From the IMG/VR virus record IMGVR_UViG_3300027985_001318, positions 1 through 64,000 of that record: a DNA stretch of 64,000 nt; one strand, 5' to 3'. This document shows positions 1 to 8,724 of the stretch, in pieces. Made by a program: the position numbers and the translations under genes. The first letter of the stretch is position 1, and the number at the start of each line of letters is the position of its first letter. A model generated the notes under the pieces. The model was not told the origin of the DNA. It ran no database searches and saw only the letters and a program-made list of their open reading frames with translations.

Positions 1-2202
1 TTGCACTGTGGCGCTAACCAATGCCATGGTGGTAGCCGGCGACATGTAAAGATCGTCGGCCGATCCAAGAAGGGCTTCTTCTTGGGTGGCCATTGCATAG
101 TTCTGTACGTTACCTAGGCCCAGTTGAATTGCAGTTACACCGTGTGGATTCTCGGTATTGGCTATGTGTTGATCGATGGAGCTGCTAAAACCAGAGATAG
201 CTGCGCTGATAGCTGCATTGGTAGCTAGCGGACTCATGTACAGATCGTCTGCTTCGCCAAGGGTAGCATCATCGGCAGACGCCATTCCATAGTTCTGCAC
301 CAGACCCAAACCGACTTGGACTTTGGTGACACCATGCGGATTATTGGCGGCATTAAGGTGCTCACTGAGAGAATTACCTACCAGCCGAATAATCATGGAG
401 GTTACGCCACCTGGGGTAACAAAGCGGTTGGTGGCACTACCGCTATCAAGTTCACTCTGGTCGGCGGTAGCGAAGTTATCTACGCTACCTAGCCCGACTT
501 GCGTCTTAGTGACGGCGTGCGGGTTGTCGAGATCAGAAACGTGACCGGCGATGGTTTCTGAGCTCAAACGAGAGATCATCTGGCTAACGCCGTAGATCGT
601 AACGTAATGAGCGTTGGAATTTCCAGCCTCGTAGTCTTCGTCAGTACCTATCGGGAGGTTTTGGACATTACCCAAACCCACTTGGGCTTTAGTCACTACG
701 TGAGGATTGGTTTTGTCATTTATGTGGTCAGTGAAAGCAGAACCAATGCGGGACGCGATCAACGAAACCACGCCAGCTACAGTCACGAAGTGGCTGTTGG
801 ATGTGCCTGCTTCAAGTTCAGTATCTCCGGCGGTGGCAAAGTTGGAAACGTTACCCAAGCCTACCTGCGCCTTAGTGGTCGCATGAGGGTTACTCATGGC
901 GTTAAAGTGCGTTATGATCGGCGGCCAGAGATTCTCATCCAAAAGCCGTGTGGTCAAATATGGGGTCATAAATCCCAATTTGTAAAGACCGTCTATTGCT
1001 TGGGCTTCCGTGGCCAACGGATAGTTTGGTACGTTCCCCAAACCGACTTGAGATTGAGTAACTCCGTGCGGGTTTTCATGGTCATCCAGGTGATTCTGAA
1101 TACCTGAAGCGCCTGCTTGAGCGGCGATGGCGAGCTTGGTAAGCTCTGGGGTCATATAGCCATCATTGCCGGTACCACCAACCGCATCGGCTTCTGTGGC
1201 CAAGCCGAGATTCTGCACGTTACCAAGACCTAGCTGCGCTTTAGTAACCCCATGCGGATTGCTGGTGTTTGCCATATGTGCAGTAACGGCATCGGCTATC
1301 CAGTTACTGATTGCCAGCCAAGCTTTTCGTGGGGTAAGGAATTCTGAATCATTCTCCTTATCCAACGCGCTTGTATCGCTAGCTGTAGCAAAGTTATCCA
1401 CGCTACCCAGACCCACTTGTATTTTAGTGACGGCGTGGGGGTTACTTTTATCGGAAACGTGACCGGCCACTGAAGTAGAATTCAGTTTTGCGATCATCTT
1501 GGAAACATGGCCAGGAGAGATATAACGATCCAGACGAACACCCTCCAGAGCTTCTTCCTCTGTGGAGAGGGGGAAGTTGGAAACGTTACCCAAACCGACT
1601 TGCGCCTTGGTGACGGCGTGGGGGTTGGCCTTGTCTTGAATATGAACGTTTATTGCCGGATAAAGGCTATCGGCAGCGGCGAGAATGCGGTCTGCGATCA
1701 GATTCAGGGCATCGGCCAGCTCTTTACCGCCAACCATATCTTGTACGTTAAACAAGTGTTGAATGGGGGTAAAATACCACGGTATATCGGTGATCTTTTC
1801 CCAAGTAGTAACTCGAGGATCGGTTAGTGCATTGGAAAGCAAGGTCAGCAAGGATTGCTCGTCGAGCGTATACTCGCCACCAAGCGTATGGTAATCGTAC
1901 TCAAAAGTACCGGTCAGGGTGTTGTCGAGAATACAGATAGCGCCATATACCGGCTTATAGGTCCGACTGGAAACCAATTCGAACATATAGCCCGGTTCCC
2001 AATCGACACCTTTGGTAAGAACACGGCCAGTCCCCAGATGTCGAACTACAGCCGTATCACCGTAGAAGGGGGCTCCGTTAGGAATGATAAACATGAACGT
2101 ACCGTCTTGGGTGTTACTCAAGACTTTGCGTTCTCCTACGATATCGTTATCGGTATTGGTCCCGTAAGGATCCAGTTCCCACGTAAAAACTTTATTAAGC
2201 AT
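1..2202 (-). CDS. Tail fibre / virion structural protein with NPHxVTKxQVGLGNV repeats (runs off window start)
   Basis: Not in the ORF track because it is open to the window edge. Manual translation: ATG at 2202 preceded by GGAG; MLNKVFTWELDPYGTNTDNDIVGERKV...FIIPNGAPFYG; same frame still open at position 1 (...NPHGVTAIQLGLGNVQNYAMATQEEA...). Nine NPH repeats. Confidence 0.85.
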   Translation of the reverse strand, partial: MLNKVFTWELDPYGTNTDNDIVGERKVLSNTQDGTFMFIIPNGAPFYGDTAVVRHLGTGRVLTKGVDWEPGYMFELVSSRTYKPVYGAICILDNTLTGTFEYDYHTLGGEYTLDEQSLLTLLSNALTDPRVTTWEKITDIPWYFTPIQHLFNVQDMVGGKELADALNLIADRILAAADSLYPAINVHIQDKANPHAVTKAQVGLGNVSNFPLSTEEEALEGVRLDRYISPGHVSKMIAKLNSTSVAGHVSDKSNPHAVTKIQVGLGSVDNFATASDTSALDKENDSEFLTPRKAWLAISNWIADAVTAHMANTSNPHGVTKAQLGLGNVQNLGLATEADAVGGTGNDGYMTPELTKLAIAAQAGASGIQNHLDDHENPHGVTQSQVGLGNVPNYPLATEAQAIDGLYKLGFMTPYLTTRLLDENLWPPIITHFNAMSNPHATTKAQVGLGNVSNFATAGDTELEAGTSNSHFVTVAGVVSLIASRIGSAFTDHINDKTNPHVVTKAQVGLGNVQNLPIGTDEDYEAGNSNAHYVTIYGVSQMISRLSSETIAGHVSDLDNPHAVTKTQVGLGSVDNFATADQSELDSGSATNRFVTPGGVTSMIIRLVGNSLSEHLNAANNPHGVTKVQVGLGLVQNYGMASADDATLGEADDLYMSPLATNAAISAAISGFSSSIDQHIANTENPHGVTAIQLGLGNVQNYAMATQEEALLGSADDLYMSPATTMALVSATVQ
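100..1650 (-). repeat. Nine tandem ~61-aa protein repeats in the tail fibre
   Basis: NPH His codons at + positions 142, 334, 517, 700, 883, 1066, 1252, 1435, 1618. Spacing is 183 nt except 192 and 186. Confidence 0.9.
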
Positions 2203-2299
2203 AGCGCCACTCCATTATTGGCAATTTTATGGCAAACATAGTCCAGGCAGACCTAGAGTCATACCATACTCCGGTCTTTAAACAGTTTTTGAGGTGTAT

Positions 2300-3541
2300 A
2301 TGTACTCTTTAGTAAAAAGTTACGCCCAGCCAGTCGCTGAAGGATCGGAGTGGCTGGAGCCCGAATTGTCTGCGGTGCTTTGCAGTGCCGTTTTTTCAAC
2401 CTATCGTAAGGTTTACTTGGTGCTGAATAATACCTATTTAGATCATCAGGTAACTTTGGATTTGGATTTGGTTCGGAGTACGATACAAGTCCAACAAATC
2501 ACCATAGCTACTTGGCTTTTCAATCTTGGTAACGCTAGTCTCCCTACTGTAGATGGCGTACCGGTAATCAAGAAATCTAAGCTTTACGTTGGTGATGTTT
2601 TCCAAGCAGGTTATCGCGTTATCCCTACTTCTGTTAACGTCCATCCGGATACTCCGCTGAATACTGATCAGCAACACGACATCCTGTTGCTGCGCGACGA
2701 AGCAGACTATTTGTTTATGCAAGAGTACTGCCTTGCGTCAGTGAATGGTTATATTCATCGCAGTAGTAGTTCCGAAGACGGTTTTTATATCCTTAACGGG
2801 GTAGATACTGGTACCAAGACCAGGTCGAACCAGGTCTCGCTTTACAACTTCCAGGAACTAGGTAAAGTAGAACAGTTTAGCATAACTGAGGATATGATCG
2901 TTAAGCCGATCGATGATCTTCCTTTGGTTAAGAAGGTTTGGCTAAAGCTACCTAAGTCGGTGGTAGGCAAAACCGTCGGTCTGGTTATTGCCGGGTTCTT
3001 GCAATTGCTCGATGGGGTAGTTGATAAGGTAGCCGACGATATTGTTGTTTTAAACTTGGCTCGCCTGCCTTGGTTGGAACGCGTAGCCCACATTGGCGCT
3101 TCAATGGACCTTACCGGCTGTCCGACTGAATTCTACGAGGATAGTCGTCGGGTCCTGTCAGAGGTAGAGTCTGACGAGTTCGTGCGTTGGGTTCTGAAGC
3201 TTTCACAGACTTTTCTATTTACCGTAGATAACTCCAACCTCCAAGCAGAACGGATGGTACTGGAAGATATCCCAATCCCCGGCCGTTGGTTAGCTCACGA
3301 GTACCCGGTTGGTTATATCCAGATCTCCGGCGGTTATACACCTAATTGTCTGGTAATCCCTGAAGGAACTCGTTATGGCATCGTCGCCAGACCGCTTTAC
3401 GATCAAGGACGGTTGCGTGAACAGCAACGATTCCGCGACCACATGGTCTACAACGATGCGATCGATGTCTCCAAGTATCGTAAGCCGGCTAGAGCTACTC
3501 TAGTTCGGATTGTATCAACTTCAATTGAAATTAAGGTGTAA
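2300..3541 (+). CDS. Virion structural protein (phiKZ-like)
   Basis: 413-aa ORF; GAGG 5 nt before ATG 2300; divergent from the tail fibre within the structural block. Confidence 0.65.
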   Translation: MYSLVKSYAQPVAEGSEWLEPELSAVLCSAVFSTYRKVYLVLNNTYLDHQVTLDLDLVRSTIQVQQITIATWLFNLGNASLPTVDGVPVIKKSKLYVGDVFQAGYRVIPTSVNVHPDTPLNTDQQHDILLLRDEADYLFMQEYCLASVNGYIHRSSSSEDGFYILNGVDTGTKTRSNQVSLYNFQELGKVEQFSITEDMIVKPIDDLPLVKKVWLKLPKSVVGKTVGLVIAGFLQLLDGVVDKVADDIVVLNLARLPWLERVAHIGASMDLTGCPTEFYEDSRRVLSEVESDEFVRWVLKLSQTFLFTVDNSNLQAERMVLEDIPIPGRWLAHEYPVGYIQISGGYTPNCLVIPEGTRYGIVARPLYDQGRLREQQRFRDHMVYNDAIDVSKYRKPARATLVRIVSTSIEIKV

Positions 3542-3544
3542 GGT

Positions 3545-5590
3545 ATGTCTGATTTGATGGCTGGTTTGATTGAGAAACGTCTGGCGGTTTCTCAGGAAGG
3601 GGTATTGGATTTTCTGTTTGGTAAGAAGTCCAGCAAGAACGAAACTCCTTCTTTGAAGAAGTTGGAACGACTCGAGGAAGAACTCAAGAAAGTAACGTCT
3701 AGGGAAGCTTTGGACGTAGCCAATGGCCGTAGTAAACCGAGCCAGGAGGTTCTTGACAAACTCATGGAGCTAGCGGAGAAACACGCAGCTCCGTCTATGG
3801 TTTACAAGCAAAACCGGCAGCTGTTTGACATCCTTGTAAAGCTGGTAAAGTTGCCGGAACCTAAACCATACTGGGTTTATGAAGAACTCAGCGGAGCCTC
3901 TTCCGCTAGCGAAGCGGAAAAGATCGCCAAGGATTTCATCCGAGTGATGGAACCCCAGGTTAAGCTGATGTCTCAAGCCAAAAACTTGAAGATCTACGAA
4001 GCCAGTGAGGATCAGCTGTTTGCTGACGTTAGTTCGGGGTTTCAGGCAAATCTGAAGTTTGCTGAGAGTTGTCGCTACGACCACCCCACCCCACACGAAA
4101 CTTATTTGGCAGCCTGTTTGGCTCAGGACTTCGGCTATCCGGCCAGTGTGTTCAGCAATCGTGAAGGCGATGGCGTTAGTGAGCTCTTTGAGCAGAACGA
4201 AACGCTGTTTAAGTCACTAGAAAAAGCTCTGGATGAAATAGCCGATGAAGCCGGGGCTTTCGAAATGTGCTGGATGGGTGGCGATCCAGCCAATCGTAAG
4301 CACTTTTATCCTGGTAACGACGATGTCGATTTCCTGGTACGCGGTCGCTGTATTCTGCTCGACTACGTATTGGACTTGAAGATCGCTCAGGAAGATCTGG
4401 ACGGGAATGACGAAGAAGCTGAAAAGCTCTTTGCCGATATCAATACCGCGATGGAGTCACTGGATGATCTGGAACTTCTGGTAAGTAGCATGGAGGCCGC
4501 TCAAGCTGATCCGCATTTTGGTAAGTACAACTTACCTTTGTACAAATCGATGCTGGATCAAACTTGCGCTAAACTCCAGCTTTCCGGCACCGCACTGTCT
4601 GTCGAGTCTTTTGGTCCGCAGAACGTACTTTCCACCGAAGGCGTCAAAGAAGTTATCTCTAAACTCTACGGGGTAATTAAAGAGCTTCTGGCGAGACTCG
4701 TGACTTGGTTCAAGAACACGTTCACTGCAAAGAACGCTGTGATGTTGAGGATAGCTAAAGGTAACGTTAATGCTCTGAGCAAACTGAACAAAACCAGCTG
4801 GAATGGCGATACCTCTGCCAGTTTCAAAAGTAAATCTGTCTGTGGCCTGATTTTTGCAAAAACTTCCGGTCACTGCAAAAACTTCCGTGAGCTGAAAGAT
4901 TTGTTGGATGGTTGGGACAAACAAATCGAGCATTATCAGGTAGATATCTTTGATTCGTTGCAAATCCTCAAATCTGCGGTTAGAAAACAACCAGAAGACC
5001 AGGAAAAACCACTGGGGGATTTAGAGGAAGGGATATTGGGAGGTAAGAACAACCCAGGTTCTTATGTCAATAAAGCCAGGGAGTTTATGCGACTGGCTGG
5101 TAACGAGCAAGACAAGCGACCGAACGAAGAGAAAGATTACGTCGTTCTGGATAGTCTTGGTAGTTTTGAAGACATGAAGCATTTTTGTCAGAAACTAGAG
5201 CACGACAAAAAGGTTCGCTCTATGGATAATGGGTTGCAAGAGATCATAGACACCTGCGATGATCTTATCAAGAAAGTTAATAAAACCTTGAACGACAACC
5301 CAAACTCCGCCAGAATATGCCGTCATGTTCAGAACGCTCTGAGTTCAGCTTATGCTTTTAACCATCTTCGTGCTGAACTATTGTTTCAGACACATCGCGC
5401 CCTGGAAGTTTCTTTACGAGCCGGGGCTGGCGATAAGAATGGTTCTAGCTATAGCGCTTACCAGCACCAGCAAAACGACCAGCAGTTTATGCAGCAGCAT
5501 AACCAAAATCACCACCAAGCAGTCCAACAGCACAATCAAGATATGCTGCACCATCAGCAGATGGTACAGCACCACAACAGCGGTTTCTAA
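3545..5590 (+). CDS. Internal head protein with multiple S/A-x-E processing sites and a Q/H-rich C-terminus
   Basis: 681 aa; VSQE|GVLDFLFG, IAQE, TAME, SSME, LSVE, LSTE|GVKEVISKL...LVTWFK, typical of phiKZ-like inner head paralogs. Confidence 0.65.
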   Translation: MSDLMAGLIEKRLAVSQEGVLDFLFGKKSSKNETPSLKKLERLEEELKKVTSREALDVANGRSKPSQEVLDKLMELAEKHAAPSMVYKQNRQLFDILVKLVKLPEPKPYWVYEELSGASSASEAEKIAKDFIRVMEPQVKLMSQAKNLKIYEASEDQLFADVSSGFQANLKFAESCRYDHPTPHETYLAACLAQDFGYPASVFSNREGDGVSELFEQNETLFKSLEKALDEIADEAGAFEMCWMGGDPANRKHFYPGNDDVDFLVRGRCILLDYVLDLKIAQEDLDGNDEEAEKLFADINTAMESLDDLELLVSSMEAAQADPHFGKYNLPLYKSMLDQTCAKLQLSGTALSVESFGPQNVLSTEGVKEVISKLYGVIKELLARLVTWFKNTFTAKNAVMLRIAKGNVNALSKLNKTSWNGDTSASFKSKSVCGLIFAKTSGHCKNFRELKDLLDGWDKQIEHYQVDIFDSLQILKSAVRKQPEDQEKPLGDLEEGILGGKNNPGSYVNKAREFMRLAGNEQDKRPNEEKDYVVLDSLGSFEDMKHFCQKLEHDKKVRSMDNGLQEIIDTCDDLIKKVNKTLNDNPNSARICRHVQNALSSAYAFNHLRAELLFQTHRALEVSLRAGAGDKNGSSYSAYQHQQNDQQFMQQHNQNHHQAVQQHNQDMLHHQQMVQHHNSGF

Positions 5591-5598
5591 CCGAGACG

Positions 5599-5628
5599 TA
5601 AAAAAGAGGAGGGCTTTCGCCCTCCTCT
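5599..5628 (-). terminator. Intrinsic terminator
   Basis: On the minus strand, AGAGGAGGGC-GAAA-GCCCTCCTCT followed by a T-run. Confidence 0.8.
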
Positions 5629-5630
5629 AT

Positions 5631-5750
5631 GTCACCAATTCCCAATCCCCTTATACCGTCTCACGACGCTACGTGGGCGCTGCGTAATCCAGCAGCCGGA
5701 CCTTGGATCACCCCCTTATGCTGAGCGAATGCTCGGTGTCTATAGAATTT
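5631..5750 (-). ncRNA. Candidate structured ncRNA downstream of sbcC
   Basis: GC-rich, ORF-poor intergenic region. Hairpins GAGC-AUUC-GCUC, GCUGC-N8-GCAGC and CGUC-GUGA-GACG (GNRA loop); closing helix UCCAA..UCC/GGA-UUGGG; ends at a terminator. Confidence 0.4.
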
Positions 5751-5751
5751 A

Positions 5752-8241
5752 TCAGGAAAGTACAACGTGTTTGTTGTACTCCTTCAAAACCGTTACATTA
5801 CTGGCATCAAGGATAGTCAGTTCTGCATCAGACATAGCTGTGTGAGAGCTAGCATAGTGAGAGACGATAAAGACCATACTGGCTTTTCCAGAAGTCACGT
5901 AGTCCTTAACGAACTGCAATATCTTGCGATGGTGCGTTTCGTCAAAGGTGGCTCCTAACTCATCTAGGTAGATGGGCCATTCTGGTCGTCTAAGGTAAAG
6001 TGCAAGTACTAACTTGAAAGCAAAGTCAATCAAGTCTTTCTGACCCCAACTTGCTTCAGAAACATCTGAGGGACGATTCTCCTCGGATATGATTTCAACC
6101 GGGAACTTATAGTTGAGTTCCCCGTTTTCGATACCGCAAGGATAAACTTTGATATCGTAAGTCCAAAACTTACTGATGATCTCGTTCATCTTCCCTACAA
6201 ACTCCGCAATGAAACCAGAGAGCTGTTCTGCAATCAACCCGTCGGTAGGACTTAGCGCTTCCAATAACTGGTCGTAATGTAGTTCAGCCTGTTTCAGTTC
6301 GGCTATCTGCTGGTTCAGGTCTTGCACTAGGGCTTGGTTTACAGTTACTTCGTGAAGTCGATGCGTAATCAAAGCCAGTTGGCGTTGGTGGGTTTCGATA
6401 AGCTGTTCGATCAAGTTATTGCGTTCAAGTTCGATACGAAGCTGGTAAAGTTCGGAGCGCTTAGCAACCATCCCTCTAACGGCTTCCCCTTCGCTTATGA
6501 AACCCTCAACGCGTTCAAGCTTCTTTGACATCATCTCAATGGTTGAGCTAGTCACTCTAGATTGAGCTGTCAGCTTCTCTATCGTCAACTCAAGGGATTT
6601 AGCTTGGGCTGAGATAAGATCTGCTGGGACTGCGCCTACATTTTTGAAATGTTCCAACACCTCCTTTAGTTTCTTTTCCTCACGTTGTAAATCACGGTAC
6701 TTAGAAAGCTCTCCGAGATATCGTTCAAACTGAGAGATCTCTGAAATCATTCGTTGGGTATTTTGTCTAGCAAACGGGATGGTTGCGAAGATACGCCAAA
6801 GCGCTTGCAGTCTTGGGAATTCAACAACAGCTTTACGGAGTCGTTGCAATCCGTCCTCGTAGCTTAGCTGAAGTTGCTCGTCGCTTTCAGCTAACTCAAG
6901 GGATTTATTCAATTCGAAGAGTTCTTCTTCCAACTTGACCACTACCTGCTTCATCTCTTCCAGGTGATGTTCGTGGACGCCAGGTTTAAACTTGTTCTGA
7001 CATCTAGGACATTCAACTTGAGGGACGTATTGGGTTTGTTGGAGGTCTTGCTGGATGAAATCAATTTTGTTCTTGCGCCGCCCGATTTCCTCTCGCAAAG
7101 TTCTTAGTGCGACTCTACGCTGTTCGGCTGCTTCTTTACTAAAGTCCAACTGGTTCAAGGAAGGGTTAGGCATCGATTGCAAGCAATCTACCAGATAACC
7201 CTTAGCGATCTCCAGCTGCTCTATAGCGAGTCCGCTCTCTTGGATATCCGATTGTCTAACTTCTTCACCGAAAGCTCTCAGAAGCCGCTCTAGTTCGTTT
7301 AAACGAGAAGTTACACTCTCCTTACTCATCCCGTCCCGTTCACTGAGCTCCAACAGCATTTCGTTCAACTGCATAAAGTGTTGTTGGTTAGAATCTATCT
7401 CAGCGTTGGTCTTGTTGAGTTCGGCTTGCAGTTCTGAAATAACGGAGCTGATTTGTTTCGGGGTATCGGCTGTCGAGAACACATCGTTTCTACGCAGCAC
7501 CTGAGCGCAAATTCGATTTAGGTCGCTCTCTATCTGTTCTATCTCTCTTTCGACTTGCCTGGGATGTTGTTGTAGTTCTTGTCGAAAGTTTCGCATCAAT
7601 ACTTCTAGCTCGGCTTTCAGTTGATCTGAATCGCGCTGTAAGGCCAGTATCTCGTTCTGGTCGATAAGTTGAGCGGTTATATTAGCCAAGCGCTTCTCTG
7701 CCGTTTTACGAGCTCCTAACGCATGACTGGCTTGTGTTTTCAGTTTCTGGTAGACGCCCAAAGCGTAACTGAGGTCTACTGGGCAAAGTTCGGTGAACAA
7801 TTCTCGCCGACGCATGTACGGCATTCCAGAAAACCGATTAGCATTCAACTTACCGCTCAACACGGATTGAATCAGTGGGGTGATGCCAAAGTAGCGCTGA
7901 ACGAGCTCTCTCTGTACTGTGGCGGTCCCGCCTTGGTTGAGTTCTAGTTCTGAACCATCGGGTTCTATTTGAACGAATGAATGCTCAAAAGCTTTTTTCT
8001 TTAGCAGAGAGCTTAGCCGAAATCTACCAGTAGGTACTTTGATAAGGAGAACCTTACTTCCTCCCGGGGTATAGTCTTTTGGGTCTGGAGGAAGCGGATG
8101 TAATTCGTTCATCAGTCGGGTCTTACCGCAACCATTGGTGCCGGCGATGATTTGGATTGGACTGCCGAACGTAAAATGTAAGTTACTGATATTCGCAAGA
8201 AATGTACCGCGAAATCCCTTAATGATAGCTTCTTCGATCAT
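5752..8241 (-). CDS. sbcC: SbcC/Rad50-like SMC ATPase
   Basis: Walker A GTNGCGKT, long coiled coils, zinc hook CPRC, signature ASWGQ, Walker B IYLDE, D-loop GATFD, H-loop VSH. Confidence 0.92.
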   Translation of the reverse strand: MIEEAIIKGFRGTFLANISNLHFTFGSPIQIIAGTNGCGKTRLMNELHPLPPDPKDYTPGGSKVLLIKVPTGRFRLSSLLKKKAFEHSFVQIEPDGSELELNQGGTATVQRELVQRYFGITPLIQSVLSGKLNANRFSGMPYMRRRELFTELCPVDLSYALGVYQKLKTQASHALGARKTAEKRLANITAQLIDQNEILALQRDSDQLKAELEVLMRNFRQELQQHPRQVEREIEQIESDLNRICAQVLRRNDVFSTADTPKQISSVISELQAELNKTNAEIDSNQQHFMQLNEMLLELSERDGMSKESVTSRLNELERLLRAFGEEVRQSDIQESGLAIEQLEIAKGYLVDCLQSMPNPSLNQLDFSKEAAEQRRVALRTLREEIGRRKNKIDFIQQDLQQTQYVPQVECPRCQNKFKPGVHEHHLEEMKQVVVKLEEELFELNKSLELAESDEQLQLSYEDGLQRLRKAVVEFPRLQALWRIFATIPFARQNTQRMISEISQFERYLGELSKYRDLQREEKKLKEVLEHFKNVGAVPADLISAQAKSLELTIEKLTAQSRVTSSTIEMMSKKLERVEGFISEGEAVRGMVAKRSELYQLRIELERNNLIEQLIETHQRQLALITHRLHEVTVNQALVQDLNQQIAELKQAELHYDQLLEALSPTDGLIAEQLSGFIAEFVGKMNEIISKFWTYDIKVYPCGIENGELNYKFPVEIISEENRPSDVSEASWGQKDLIDFAFKLVLALYLRRPEWPIYLDELGATFDETHHRKILQFVKDYVTSGKASMVFIVSHYASSHTAMSDAELTILDASNVTVLKEYNKHVVLS

Positions 8242-8307
8242 GGTGATATTTTTTTAGTGATCAGTCCCTATACTTTAGTTGAGAACAGTAAAAGATAACT
8301 GAGGTTG

Positions 8308-8724
8308 ATGAAAATGAGCAGAAATTATTTTGACACCCATGCAGATCCTGCATTATGGAAGCAGCACGTATATTGTTCCGATGTACGTAACCTGATAGAA
8401 AACGTTATCAAATACCTTAATGCTGTGCTGGCTAAATCAAGAACGGTTCAGATCGATTCTTTATTTGATAGTACTGAAATGGCTTACCAGGCAGCTAGTT
8501 GGTTTTTTGATCCTGACTCAGAGCGAGAACAATTCCGCATTTTGTTCTTTGGTTTGAAATGTAAGAATACTGGGCTGTTATCCATGACATTTGGCATCAG
8601 AGTCAAATTGAAATGGATCGGTAGTTCTCTCATGCAACACAGTACTAGTCCGTCATTGCAGTTTCTCAGGAAGGTTGAAGAGAAGCATAGTAAGATGGGG
8701 TTATGGTGGGATTATCATGAATAG
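8308..8724 (+). CDS. Hypothetical protein
   Basis: ~138-aa ORF with GAGG upstream; stop overlaps the next start. Confidence 0.55.
   Translation: MKMSRNYFDTHADPALWKQHVYCSDVRNLIENVIKYLNAVLAKSRTVQIDSLFDSTEMAYQAASWFFDPDSEREQFRILFFGLKCKNTGLLSMTFGIRVKLKWIGSSLMQHSTSPSLQFLRKVEEKHSKMGLWWDYHE

Noticed and set aside
100-1650. Regular 183-nt repeats considered as a CRISPR array or DGR
   Set aside because: They are conserved at the protein level with synonymous variation, and no cas or reverse transcriptase gene is in the window.
323-2241. Five + strand ORFs in the first 2.2 kb
   Set aside because: They are antisense shadows of the minus-strand tail fibre, and their mutual similarity mirrors its repeats.
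2203-2299. TATG late-promoter motifs in divergent spacers (also near 51394)
   Set aside because: A 4-nt motif is too common to call without transcription start data.
5661-5711. 16-codon minus-strand GTG ORF (MIQGPAAGLRSAHVAS) inside the candidate ncRNA
   Set aside because: The G-rich SD-like run abuts the GTG with no spacer, so translation is unlikely, though not excluded.
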